A stretch of 36,854 bases of DNA from Planctomycetota bacterium (GCA_030628375.1 DAOVRD010000002.1:1-36854), one strand, 5' to 3'; counted from the first letter of the stretch, positions 22,585 to 31,877 are shown. Program-made: numbers and translations. Notes: generated by a model from the letters alone, not told the origin.

Positions 22585-24414
22585 TCACCAGCCCAGCAGA
22601 CGCAGGATGTCGTTGCGCGTTGTGTAGACGACCAGCAGCACCAGAAACACGAAACCGACCGTCTGAGCGATGGTCAGAGCCTTCTGGCCGATGCGGCGTC
22701 CCCGGACCTTCTCGATGGCGACAAACAGAAGATGCCCCCCGTCCAGCACAGGAATCGGCAGGATGTTCAGGAACGCAATCGCCCCGCTGATGACGGCGAT
22801 CATGTAGAAGAACATGCCTATCCCCCGCTGAGCGGCATGGTAGGACGCCTGAGCGATCAGCACAATGCCGCCGAACTGCCGGGGGCTCACCTCCCGGCGG
22901 GCAAAGCCCCTCAGGGTCCGGAAGATGTCGGAGAGGGTCTTGAAGACGTTCACAAAACCGGTCCTGACCGCGCCGATCGCGCCGTAGCGCCTCAGGGACG
23001 TTCTCGGCACTTGCATAAGGATGCCCAGATGCCCGCCGGACAGATGGGTATCGCTGACGGCCGTAACCCGTGCCGTGAGCAGTTCGCCGTCTCTGGACCA
23101 TTGGATCTCGTGCTCTTTGCGCCCGGTCCTGGCCCCGGCCCGCAGCACCTCTTCCCAGGTGTTCACCTCTTTCCCGCCCTTGCTGACAATCCTGTCCCCC
23201 GCGCGTATGCCGGCATTCCAGGCCGGGCTCCCTTCCTTGACCCACGCGAGGGTGGCCCCCGATTCGAACTCCGCGCTCCAGACGAACTCCTCAAGCGCCC
23301 TGAAGTCGGGGACGGCGAGCGTGAACGCAATCTCCTGGCCCTCCCGCAGCACGGTCAGGGCGACATCGCCAAGCGCCTCTCGAACGAACAGCTTGATCGT
23401 CACCACGCTCTCGACCGGGCGACCGTTGACGGCCGCTATCCGGTCCCCGACCCGAAGCCCCAGCCGTTGCGCCACGCCACCGCCCTCCAGGGACTCGATC
23501 GTGGTGCCCAGCCCCGAAATGCCGATCATGTAGCGGGGCGCAGGCTCGGTGAGGACCCGCAACGGGATCTGCTGGCCGTCGCGCTCCACCAGCACCTCGA
23601 CTTCGTCGTGGGGGTATTTCGCCAGCTCCATCAACAAGTCGTACGCGGTCTCGATCCTCTGGCCGTTAAGGGCGAGGATGCGGTCGCCCATCTCGATGCC
23701 TGCCTCCTCAGCGGGACAGCGGCCCTCTTCGCCGCCCACCTTGGCCAGGCCCGTCACCACCGGTTCCGTCGGCGGCCGGATTCCGACAACCTTCACGCCG
23801 GCTCGTTCGTCGTAAACGGGTGTCAAGCTGAAAGTCAGATGACTCCCCGCGCGATCCACCTGGAAGACCACGTCCCCCGAGGCACCCAGGGCCACGGCAC
23901 GCATCACGTCTTCAAAAACAGGATCAACCTTGTCCCCGACGGCCAGAATCTTGTCGCCAGGCTTGAGGCCCGCCTCCCAGGCCGGCCTGCCGGGCACGGT
24001 GCGCCCCACCTCGGCCACCATGAAGGGCACTCCTATGGAGAAGGCGGCGATGAACAGCAGAAGGGCGAAGACCACGTTCATCACCACCCCGCCCACGATG
24101 AAGAGCGCCCGCTGGCCGAGGCTTTTCGACCAGAACTCATAGGGCTCGCCGGGGCCCTCTTCGGGAGACTCGCCCGCCACCTTCACCATCCCGCCCAGAG
24201 GGATCACAGACAGCCTGTATTCCGTCTCCCCCACCTTCACACTGACGATCTTCTTCCAGAACCCGATGGAGAAGATCTCCACGCGCATGCCCACGGCCTT
24301 GGCTGCGAAGAAGTGGCCCAGTTCGTGAACCAGGATAATCAGGCTCACGCCCATGACGACCAGGACAATGTTTATAGCAGCGCCAAGCAACGGTTTGCCT
24401 CCTTCCGCGCCCAC
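22585..24414 (-). CDS. rseP: RIP site-2 zinc metalloprotease RseP (M50) with four PDZ-like domains
   Basis: 609 aa. HELGH zinc motif in TM1 (LIILVHELGHFFAAKAVGM). Four GxPAxxAG(L/I)xxGD(R/K)I segments. C-terminal NILPIPVLDGGHLL motif. A TTG at 24390 preceded by AAGGAGG (7-nt spacer) is a likely alternative start. Overlaps the dxr stop. Confidence 0.9.
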   Translation of the reverse strand: MGAEGGKPLLGAAINIVLVVMGVSLIILVHELGHFFAAKAVGMRVEIFSIGFWKKIVSVKVGETEYRLSVIPLGGMVKVAGESPEEGPGEPYEFWSKSLGQRALFIVGGVVMNVVFALLLFIAAFSIGVPFMVAEVGRTVPGRPAWEAGLKPGDKILAVGDKVDPVFEDVMRAVALGASGDVVFQVDRAGSHLTFSLTPVYDERAGVKVVGIRPPTEPVVTGLAKVGGEEGRCPAEEAGIEMGDRILALNGQRIETAYDLLMELAKYPHDEVEVLVERDGQQIPLRVLTEPAPRYMIGISGLGTTIESLEGGGVAQRLGLRVGDRIAAVNGRPVESVVTIKLFVREALGDVALTVLREGQEIAFTLAVPDFRALEEFVWSAEFESGATLAWVKEGSPAWNAGIRAGDRIVSKGGKEVNTWEEVLRAGARTGRKEHEIQWSRDGELLTARVTAVSDTHLSGGHLGILMQVPRTSLRRYGAIGAVRTGFVNVFKTLSDIFRTLRGFARREVSPRQFGGIVLIAQASYHAAQRGIGMFFYMIAVISGAIAFLNILPIPVLDGGHLLFVAIEKVRGRRIGQKALTIAQTVGFVFLVLLVVYTTRNDILRLLGW

Positions 24415-25541
24415 TGGTCGGCGGCCATTGCCGCCTCGAACGTCACGTCCGTCGCGACCTCATGCCTGTCAAGCACCATCTCGACCACCGTGACGATGTC
24501 AACAAAGCGTATCCGTCCCTTGAGGAACGCATCCACGGCCGTCTCGTTGGCTGCGTTCAGAACCGCCCCGCTGGTTCCTCCCTCCCTGGCCACCCGGTAG
24601 CCGAGCGACAGCGCCGGGAAGGCCTCCAGGTCCGGTTCGTCGAACTCCAGCCTGGATACGCCGGTTAGATCGAGCCGTGCCGCCGCCCCCGGCAACCTGG
24701 CCGGGTAGTTCAGCGCGTACTGGATGGGAAGGTGCATGTCCGGCACCCCCATGTGCGCCAGGACCGCCCCGTCCACCAGCTCGATCATGCAATGGATGAT
24801 GGACTGCGGATGTATGACCACGTCTATCATGTCCGGGCTGAGGGAGAAGAGCCACCGCGCCTCGATCACTTCCAGGGCCTTGTTCATCAGCGTCGCGCTG
24901 TCAATGGTGATCTTCCTTCCCATCCGCCAGATGGGATGATGCAGCGCTTCCTCAGGCGTGACGGTCGCCATCTCGTCCCGGCTCCTGCCGTAGAACGGGC
25001 CGCCGCTGGCCGTCAGAATGACTCGCCTGACCTCCTCGGGCTCAACGCTGCGAAGGAGCTGGAAGACGGCGCTGTGCTCGCTGTCCACGGGGATGATGGC
25101 CCCGCCGCTCCGGCCGGCCAGCTCCACCAGCAGCGGGCCGCACATGACGACGGCTTCCTTATTGGCCAGGGCGAGCGTCTTGCCGCTGCGAAGGGCGGCT
25201 ACAGCCGCCGGCAGGCCCGCCGCGCCGCTCACGGCGCTGACCACCACGTCGGCCCCCTCCCACGACGCCAGCCGACGCAGCCCGTCGGCTCCGCACAGCA
25301 GTTCCACGTCCCCGCCACCCAGCGCGTCCGCAAGCTTCGCGGCCACCTCCTCATCGCCCACCACGACGGCCTCGGGCCGGAATTCCTCGACCTGGCGGGC
25401 CAGCGCTTCCCAGCGCGAATAACCCGACAGCCCCACGACGCGGAAGCTGTCCGGCATGCTGCGCAGCACGTCCAACGTCTGCATGCCGACCGAGCCGGTG
25501 CTGCCCAGCACGACCACGTTCTTGCGGGTCCGCCCTGCCAT
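24372..25541 (-). CDS. dxr: 1-deoxy-D-xylulose 5-phosphate reductoisomerase
   Basis: 389 aa. NADPH-binding VVVLGSTGSVGMQTLDV, LANKEAVV, PVDSEHSAVFQ, HPIWRMGRKITIDSATLMNKALE. Confidence 0.95.
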   Translation of the reverse strand: MAGRTRKNVVVLGSTGSVGMQTLDVLRSMPDSFRVVGLSGYSRWEALARQVEEFRPEAVVVGDEEVAAKLADALGGGDVELLCGADGLRRLASWEGADVVVSAVSGAAGLPAAVAALRSGKTLALANKEAVVMCGPLLVELAGRSGGAIIPVDSEHSAVFQLLRSVEPEEVRRVILTASGGPFYGRSRDEMATVTPEEALHHPIWRMGRKITIDSATLMNKALEVIEARWLFSLSPDMIDVVIHPQSIIHCMIELVDGAVLAHMGVPDMHLPIQYALNYPARLPGAAARLDLTGVSRLEFDEPDLEAFPALSLGYRVAREGGTSGAVLNAANETAVDAFLKGRIRFVDIVTVVEMVLDRHEVATDVTFEAAMAADQWARKEANRCLALL

Positions 25542-25544
25542 GTT

Positions 25545-26681
25545 TCACTCCTGCGGTCCGTCGCCGCCAGACGACAGTTTCTCAATCTCGGCAATGAGCG
25601 CGTCGGCCAGTTGCGAAGCGTCCACCTTCCTCACTTTCTTCCCCCGGCGGAACAGGTAGCCGAAATCCTTCCCGCCGGCGATGCCCACGTCCGCTTCCGC
25701 CGCCTCTCCCGGCCCGTTCACCACGCACCCCATAACGGCTATCTTCACGGGGATGGACAGCCCCTGGACCCGCCGGACCACTTCCTCCACAAGCGCGCTC
25801 AGGTCCACCTCGCATCGCGCACACGTGGGACAGGAGATGATCTGGGGACCAACGGGGGCGCGCAGCCGGAGGGCCTCCAGCATCGCAATCCCCGCCCCGA
25901 CCTCCTCTTGCGGCGGGCCCGTCATCGAGACCCTTATCGTATCCCCGATGCCTTCGGCCAGCAGCGTGCCGATGCCGATGGCGCTCCTGACGATGCTGAT
26001 GTTCGGCGGCCCCGCCGCCGTAACGCCCAGGTGGAACGGATAGTCGCACCGCGCCGCCGCAGCTCGGTAGGCGGCGATGGTCGTCGGGACGTCGCTGCCC
26101 TTCAGGCTCAGAACGATGTCCCGCAGGCCTTCCTTCTCGGCCGCCTCGGCATAGGCCAGGGCTTCGCGGACCATCAGGTCGGCCATCTCCTCGTGTTGGG
26201 CCTCCGGCCTCACCTCCAGCCCCTTGCGGGGACGGATCGAACCCGAATTCACACCGATTCGCACCTTGATGCCCGCCTCAGAGGCGGCGCGGTATACCTT
26301 CTTGAGGCCCTCCCGGTTGCGCATGTTGCCGGGGTTTATCCTCACCCCGTCCGCTCCGGCGTCAATGGCCAGCAGGGCCAGGTTGTGGTCGAAATGGATG
26401 TCGGCGATGACGGGAATCGGCGAGGCGGCCGTGATGCGCGGCAGCGCGCGGGCAGCCTTACGGTTAGGCACCGCGCAGCGGATGATGTCGCAGCCCAGTC
26501 GAGCAAGCTCGGTGATCTGGGCCAGCGTCGCGTCCACGTCCTCGGTGTGGGTCTTGGTCATGGATTGGACGCTGACGGGCGCGCGAGCCCCTATCGTAAC
26601 GTCGCCCACGCGCACGGAGCGCGTGCGACGCCGCTTCGTGCCGAAAGATGGTGTGTGGTCCAAGTCCGGGTTTCCACCCAC
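25545..26681 (-). CDS. ispG: (E)-4-hydroxy-3-methylbut-2-enyl-diphosphate synthase (GcpE)
   Basis: 378 aa. RRTRSVRVGDVTIGARAPVSVQSMTKT, RINPGN, CPTCARCEVDL and VMGCVVNGPGEA (Fe-S cysteines). Stop lies 3 nt before the dxr start. Confidence 0.95.
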   Translation of the reverse strand: MGGNPDLDHTPSFGTKRRRTRSVRVGDVTIGARAPVSVQSMTKTHTEDVDATLAQITELARLGCDIIRCAVPNRKAARALPRITAASPIPVIADIHFDHNLALLAIDAGADGVRINPGNMRNREGLKKVYRAASEAGIKVRIGVNSGSIRPRKGLEVRPEAQHEEMADLMVREALAYAEAAEKEGLRDIVLSLKGSDVPTTIAAYRAAAARCDYPFHLGVTAAGPPNISIVRSAIGIGTLLAEGIGDTIRVSMTGPPQEEVGAGIAMLEALRLRAPVGPQIISCPTCARCEVDLSALVEEVVRRVQGLSIPVKIAVMGCVVNGPGEAAEADVGIAGGKDFGYLFRRGKKVRKVDASQLADALIAEIEKLSSGGDGPQE

Positions 26682-26801
26682 TTCAGAGGGAGGGTCGAGC
26701 CCCGAAGGGCAAGAAGTCAGAAAGGTGCCACAGGGCCAATTATACGGCGCTGGGGGTGGGAAATCAAAAAGGCCCCCCTGCTCAGGTGTCCCCCGCCCTG
26801 C

Positions 26802-26830
26802 TTGATTCGGCGCTGTCCTTGCCTTAGAAT
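26802..26830 (+). promoter_or_regulatory. Candidate sigma70-type promoter placed for a leaderless or near-leaderless PhoU-like mRNA
   Basis: TTGATT (26802-26807), 17-nt spacer, TAGAAT (26825-26830). The ATG at 26840 is only 9 nt past the -10 hexamer and has no Shine-Dalgarno. Confidence 0.45.
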
Positions 26831-26839
26831 CCGGACGCC

Positions 26840-27508
26840 ATGGGCGACGAAGGAACTGACACGGAAGAAACCCAGAAGGAACTGGACGAACTGGAGCGCC
26901 AGCTCATCGAGATGGGCAACATGGTCGAGTCGCTGTTTGCCGATTCTGTAGTGGCCCTCATGGAGAACGACTGGGGTGCGGAGACCGAACTCCGTGAAGA
27001 AGACTACAGGGCTCACGAGTGGTGGCTCAAGATAGACAAGCTATGTGTTGATCTGCTGTGCAACCGCAAGCTGAACGCGGACCAGGTCCGCTTCGTGTCG
27101 GCCACCATCAAGATCGCCTCGGCCCTGAAGCGGACGGCTGACCAATCCCTCCACATCGGCGAGACCATCCGGTCGTTCGAACTGGAATCCCTGCCGGACG
27201 CCGGCTCCCTTGCACCCGTTGCCAGCATGGTCGAGCTGACGCAGAACATGCTCGGCGACGTCATCGAAGCCCTCGTCAACCACAACGCCCAGGAGGCGGC
27301 CGGCCTGCACCTTGTCTTTCGCGAACTGGCGTCCCTGGATGCCAGGGCCGTGGACGAGCTTGGCGATGCGATGCTGAACGGCCGCGTCCCCGTTCATCTC
27401 GGCACGGGCTTCGTCCGCGCGGTCCAACGCCTGCAGCACGTCGGTAACGAGGTGTTGGACATCGCCAACCAACTTTGCCACGTGTACGGCCGCGGCCCCC
27501 AGCAGTAG
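26840..27508 (+). CDS. PhoU-family phosphate signalling accessory protein (orphan, no pst genes nearby)
   Basis: 222 aa. Two PhoU-like repeats: ELDELERQLIEMGNMVESLF..DQVRFVSATIKIASALKRTADQSLHIGE and ..LHLVFRELASLD..FVRAVQRLQHVGNEVLDIAN. Confidence 0.85.
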   Translation: MGDEGTDTEETQKELDELERQLIEMGNMVESLFADSVVALMENDWGAETELREEDYRAHEWWLKIDKLCVDLLCNRKLNADQVRFVSATIKIASALKRTADQSLHIGETIRSFELESLPDAGSLAPVASMVELTQNMLGDVIEALVNHNAQEAAGLHLVFRELASLDARAVDELGDAMLNGRVPVHLGTGFVRAVQRLQHVGNEVLDIANQLCHVYGRGPQQ

Positions 27509-27662
27509 GTGCCGATCCCGACCGAGCGCGCCACGGAAATCCTCAGGCGCTTCAGGACCCCGCGCCCCCGGCCGATTCCGTTGATTCGCGAGATACGACG
27601 ACATACCGTATGCGACGTCCGGTCATCGAAGTGCCTGGCAAACTGGCAGCGGGGAGGTACCC

Positions 27663-30164
27663 ATGAGTGCACATTGGTGGCTTGGGGCTGCGGCCGTGGG
27701 CTTTCTGATCTTCGGTGGAGAGCACAGCATGAGCGAAGCGCAAAGCAGCGAGGGCAAGGGCCTGGAACCCTGGGCGTCCAACACGCACCCGACGGACGTG
27801 GCCAGGCGTCACACGGAAGAGATATCCACCGGGCGGCACGAGTACACCGTCACGCAGGGCGGCACCATGGACGGCCGGAACTGCCTGTCGCCCATTGGGG
27901 TGTACGAGGCATGGACGCAGACCTGGGAGTCCAACCGGGCGCTGCGAATGGAGAACGTGGGCGAGACCGACGTGATCAACCCCTGGCTGTCCAACGGCCG
28001 CAACAACTTCCGCACCACTGAAGAAATCGTCGCCGCGGCCATCGAGCCGGGCATGAGCGACAAGGAGAAGGCCATCGCGCTCTGGTACCAGGAGATCACG
28101 CATCGCTATCACTTCACCAGCGGGGACAACGAGGTCAAGACCCCCGTGAAGGTCTTCAACGTCTACGGTTACAACACGTGCGGCGATGACGCCAACTGCA
28201 TGGCCGGGCTGTGGAAGAGGGCCGGCCTCAAAGTGCGCCCTGCCAGGCTCATGGGGCACTGTATCACCCAGGTCTTCTACGACGGCGGCTGGCACCTGAT
28301 GGACGGCGACATGCACTCCATGTACCTTCTGCGGGACAACGAGACCGTCGCCGGCGAGCAGGAGCTGGTGCGCGACCACGACCTGATCAAACGTTCCCAC
28401 ACCCACGGGATCCGCCACCCCAACCGCCGGAACCAGGACGAGTGGGAGGCCTCCCTGTACATCTACGAGGGTGACGCGGGAGGGGACCGCGACTGCGTGG
28501 GGACCCCCACCATGGATATGGTCTTGCGGCCGAACGAGGCCCTCACGTGGCGCTGGGGTCACCTGGATCCGATCAAGTATCACGGGAAGAGTCCCCCCAA
28601 ACATCCTGACACGGTCAGCAACGGCCTGTGGGAGTATCGCCCGGACTTCACAAAGGACACGTGGCGAAAGGGTGCGGATGCTGTCGAGGCCGTCCGGACG
28701 ACGGGCGATGGCCTTGCGACCGAGGCCGGCAAGACCGGCACCATCGTCTGGACGATGCGCAGCCCGTATGTCTTCGTCGGGGGCAGGCTTGAGGTGGAGG
28801 GCAGCGGGGCACGATTTGCAGTCTCATGGGATGGCAAGGCCTGGCAGCCGGTGGCCGAGGGCCTGGACAACCTGTTCCCGGCCACCGGGCCCGCGCGCTA
28901 CCAGTACCAGCTCAAGTGCGAGCTGTCCGGCGAGGCCCGGCTCAAGCGCATGGGCGTCGTCAACGATCTGCAGATGGCCATGCCCTCCCTGCCGGGAATG
29001 GCCGTCGGCGAGAACGCCTTCGCTTACACCGACCAGTCCCCCGGCGACCGAAGGGTGCGCATCACCCACGCATGGGTCGAACGGTCGGCCTCCAGGCCAC
29101 CGGAAGCGCCGCCGGCCCCCGTGTCCCCGGCCGATGGCGGAGAGACCGACGGCACGGACGTCGTATTCCAGTGGGCGCCTCCTGCGGACCCCGACGCCGA
29201 CAAGATCGCAGACTACCACTTCCAGCTCTCTGACCGGCCGGACATGAGGTGGCCCCTGTCCACGAACTTCCGGAAGCTGATCTCCAAGACGCCCGACCGT
29301 GGCAAGGCGCAGTACGCCCTGCCCTATGTCGGCATGCTGACACCGGACCGGGAGTACTACTGGCGGGTGCGGGCCAGGGACGGCAAGGGCGTGTGGGGCT
29401 CGTGGAGCAAGACGTGGAGCTTCACGGCGCGCGGACCGGCCCCCCCGGTGGACGTGACCCTGGAGTTCGACCGGGAGCGCGGCAGCGGAACCCTTCGCTG
29501 GAGGCCCAACCCCGTGGGCCGGCGTCCGGTCAAGTACCGGGTCTACGGAAGCGATGAAAAGGGCTTCTCGGTCAGCGACGAGCCTTATGCGGTCAACGTC
29601 GGCAACCGGGAGGAGAAGCTGCCCACCCCGTTCCCCGCCAACTTCGTGGCCGAGACGCCGGCCGTGGAGCTGGCTGTCGTGGGCGCGGGGCTCGAGCTGC
29701 CCAACGCCAACAGGGCCTTCTATCGCGTGGTCGCGGTGGACGGGCACGGCAAGCGAAGCTGGTCCTCGGACTACGCCGCCGCTCCCAGGGCCTTCATTTA
29801 CAGCGAACCGGCGCTGAAGGCCCAGGTCGGCAAGGAGTACGGCTGCCAGGTCTCGGCCATCCGCTCCCTGGGCGACCTGAGGTGCCGGGGCGGGTTGGCC
29901 ATGAGCTTCTGGGACGTCGAGGAGCCGAAGTTCGCCCTTGAGCGCGCCCCACAGTGGCTCAAGATCGACGAGACAACGGGCTTGCTCTCGGGCACACCGG
30001 ACGCTCCCGGAAGGGCAGAGGTGGTTGTGAGCGCCACCATCGACAGGGAGGTGCGACAACTGGACGAGCGCCGCCTCAGTTGGGGACAGGAGAGGGTCGT
30101 CGGCGTCACCACCGAGAGGGTGGGCAGCGCAACCCAGCAATTCGTCATAGACGTGGGCGAGTAG
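27663..30164 (+). CDS. Exported transglutaminase-like (Cys-His-Asp core) protein with FN3-like and cadherin-like Ig domains
   Basis: 833 aa. GGGGAGG Shine-Dalgarno. N-terminal hydrophobic segment WWLGAAAVGFLIFGG. YNTCGDDANCMAGLWKRAGLKVRPARLMGHCITQVFYDGGWHLMDGD matches transglutaminase-like core spacing (about nt 28155-28315). YYWRVRARDGKGVWGSWS is FN3-like. WLKIDETTGLLSGTPDAPG is a putative-Ig/cadherin-like motif. Confidence 0.85.
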   Translation: MSAHWWLGAAAVGFLIFGGEHSMSEAQSSEGKGLEPWASNTHPTDVARRHTEEISTGRHEYTVTQGGTMDGRNCLSPIGVYEAWTQTWESNRALRMENVGETDVINPWLSNGRNNFRTTEEIVAAAIEPGMSDKEKAIALWYQEITHRYHFTSGDNEVKTPVKVFNVYGYNTCGDDANCMAGLWKRAGLKVRPARLMGHCITQVFYDGGWHLMDGDMHSMYLLRDNETVAGEQELVRDHDLIKRSHTHGIRHPNRRNQDEWEASLYIYEGDAGGDRDCVGTPTMDMVLRPNEALTWRWGHLDPIKYHGKSPPKHPDTVSNGLWEYRPDFTKDTWRKGADAVEAVRTTGDGLATEAGKTGTIVWTMRSPYVFVGGRLEVEGSGARFAVSWDGKAWQPVAEGLDNLFPATGPARYQYQLKCELSGEARLKRMGVVNDLQMAMPSLPGMAVGENAFAYTDQSPGDRRVRITHAWVERSASRPPEAPPAPVSPADGGETDGTDVVFQWAPPADPDADKIADYHFQLSDRPDMRWPLSTNFRKLISKTPDRGKAQYALPYVGMLTPDREYYWRVRARDGKGVWGSWSKTWSFTARGPAPPVDVTLEFDRERGSGTLRWRPNPVGRRPVKYRVYGSDEKGFSVSDEPYAVNVGNREEKLPTPFPANFVAETPAVELAVVGAGLELPNANRAFYRVVAVDGHGKRSWSSDYAAAPRAFIYSEPALKAQVGKEYGCQVSAIRSLGDLRCRGGLAMSFWDVEEPKFALERAPQWLKIDETTGLLSGTPDAPGRAEVVVSATIDREVRQLDERRLSWGQERVVGVTTERVGSATQQFVIDVGE

Positions 30165-30213
30165 AGTCAGCGCGCTCGCCTCTGGCGGCGCGGGGAGCCG
30201 GGAATGGGTCCAG

Positions 30214-30256
30214 TGTATTCTGTACATCCTGTAAATCCTGTACATCCTGTCAGTCG
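30214..30256 (+). promoter_or_regulatory. AT-rich 9-bp tandem array TGTA(C/A)ATCC upstream of the GH140-like gene (candidate operator/promoter)
   Basis: TGTATTC TGTACATCC TGTAAATCC TGTACATCC TGTCAGTCG. Lies in the 130-nt spacer between the stop at 30164 and the start at 30297, and includes two TGTACA palindromes. Confidence 0.4.
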
Positions 30257-30296
30257 TCCCAGATGAATGGCCACCAGACCGAGAGGAGAAGTTGCC

Positions 30297-31697
30297 ATGC
30301 CGACGCCCTTCACCAAGCCTGTGGATCCCCTTTTCGCGTCGCCCGATTCCGTCAAGGGCATGCGACTGGAAGTCAGCCCCAACGGCCGGTACCTCGTCAC
30401 GGCGGAAGGTAGACCGTTCTTCTACCTCGGCGACACCGCTTGGGAGTTGCTCAAACGCCTCAACCATGAGGAAGTGGACGTCTATTTCAAGAACCGCATC
30501 GCCAAGGGCTTCACCGTCATCCAGGCCTACATGCTGCGCGGGCTCAAGTCGCCCAACCTCTACGGGGACCTGACGCTCGTGGACGGCGACCCCGCCCGGC
30601 CTAACGAGGCGTTCTTCGAGAACACGGACTACGTCATCAACCGCGCGAACGAGCTGGGCCTGGTCATGGGCATCGTGACCAACTCCGGGCAGCACGTTCG
30701 CAAGGGCTCGCTGGACGAGCAGGTCTTCACCGAGTCCAATGCGTTCGCCTTCGGCAAGTTCCTGGGCACTCGCTACAGGCAGAACGCCGTCATCTGGTTC
30801 CTGGGCGGCGACCGAACGCCCGAAGGGCACGAGGCGGTGTGGGCTGCGATGGCCGGGGGCCTCAAGGAGGGGAGCGCGGGCGACCATCTGGTCTCTTACC
30901 ACGGCCCCGGCCCTGCGCCGGGCGTGATCAATTACTCCTCTTCGTTCTGGTTCCACGACGCCGACTGGCTCGACTTCAACGTGATTCAGTCCAGCCACGC
31001 CTGGGGCACGCTCAACTACGAGTTCATCACGCACGACTACGACCTGACCCCGGCGAAGCCCACCATAGACATGGAGACCCGCTATGAAAACCATCCGGCT
31101 ACCGTGTCCTGGACGGCGGGCAAGAAGCGGATAGACGCCCATCAGGTTCGCGAAGCGGCTTACTGGAACATGCTGGCCGGCGCCGCCGGCAACGGCTACG
31201 GGGCATGGGAGGTAAGGCAGTTCTACGACGCCGGTAACCCCCGGCTTTCGACCCCCGACTATGCGTACTCCTTCGGGGAGCCGGAAGCGAGCATGAACTG
31301 GCGTGAGGCCATGGATTGCGAGGGCGCGTTTGGCATGGGCTACATGCGCAGGCTCCTCGAGCTGCGGCCCTGGTACCTCATGGTGCCGGACCGGCGCATC
31401 GTCGCCTCAGTGCCGGGGATTCTGGAGGATCACGTCCAGGCCGCCCGCGCGGAGGACGGCAGCTTCGTCCTTGCATACTCTCCCTTCGGGAACCCCTTCG
31501 GCATCCGCATGGACAAGATATCGGGCGCCAAGGTGATGGCCCACTGGTACGATCCGCGCACCGGCGGCTGGCAACCCATCGGCAAGTACTCGAACACGGG
31601 CGTGCAGGAGTTCGTCGCGCCCTCCTGCGGCGAGCGGGACGACTGGGTGCTTGTCCTGGACGACGCCGCGAAGGCCCTCCCGATCCCCGCCGGCTAG
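30297..31697 (+). CDS. Glycoside hydrolase family 140-like protein (DUF4038 TIM barrel plus C-terminal collagenase-type binding domain)
   Basis: The track ORF starts at 30267. GAGAGGAG precedes the ATG at 30297. NGRYLVTAEGRPFFYLGDTAWELLKRLNHEEVDVYFKNRIAKGFTVIQAYML is a close match to the DUF4038/GH140 N-terminus as I remember it. C-terminal AHWYDPRTGGWQPIG..DDWVLVLDD resembles the Collagen_bind_2 domain. Confidence 0.87.
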   Translation: MPTPFTKPVDPLFASPDSVKGMRLEVSPNGRYLVTAEGRPFFYLGDTAWELLKRLNHEEVDVYFKNRIAKGFTVIQAYMLRGLKSPNLYGDLTLVDGDPARPNEAFFENTDYVINRANELGLVMGIVTNSGQHVRKGSLDEQVFTESNAFAFGKFLGTRYRQNAVIWFLGGDRTPEGHEAVWAAMAGGLKEGSAGDHLVSYHGPGPAPGVINYSSSFWFHDADWLDFNVIQSSHAWGTLNYEFITHDYDLTPAKPTIDMETRYENHPATVSWTAGKKRIDAHQVREAAYWNMLAGAAGNGYGAWEVRQFYDAGNPRLSTPDYAYSFGEPEASMNWREAMDCEGAFGMGYMRRLLELRPWYLMVPDRRIVASVPGILEDHVQAARAEDGSFVLAYSPFGNPFGIRMDKISGAKVMAHWYDPRTGGWQPIGKYSNTGVQEFVAPSCGERDDWVLVLDDAAKALPIPAG

Positions 31698-31877
31698 AGC
31701 CGGTGCAAATCGCGCCGGGCCGCGGCGGAAAACCGCTGCACCCGGCTCGACGCAGCGTTCAATGATCCTGGCTGGATTGCGACGGAGAGGCGTTGAGCGA
31801 CACAAGCGGCGCCCAAGTCCTCAAGTGCAAGTACTGTGATCCGCCGTAAGGCCACTTCACATAGCGAGGGAGGCGTC

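Noticed and set aside
22486-24600. 704-aa plus-strand ORF antisense to rseP
   Set aside because: Composition is dominated by R, P, H, D and G with no domains. The opposite strand encodes an RseP with HELGH and PDZ motifs.
24732-26951. 739-aa plus-strand ORF spanning dxr and ispG in antisense
   Set aside because: Junk-like composition. It crosses two well-supported genes and their intergenic spacer, so it is a shadow ORF.
28824-31142. 772-aa minus-strand ORF antisense to the transglutaminase-like and GH140-like genes
   Set aside because: No motifs, and it spans a real intergenic region including the TGTACATCC array (translated as RMYRIYRMYRI). It is a shadow ORF.
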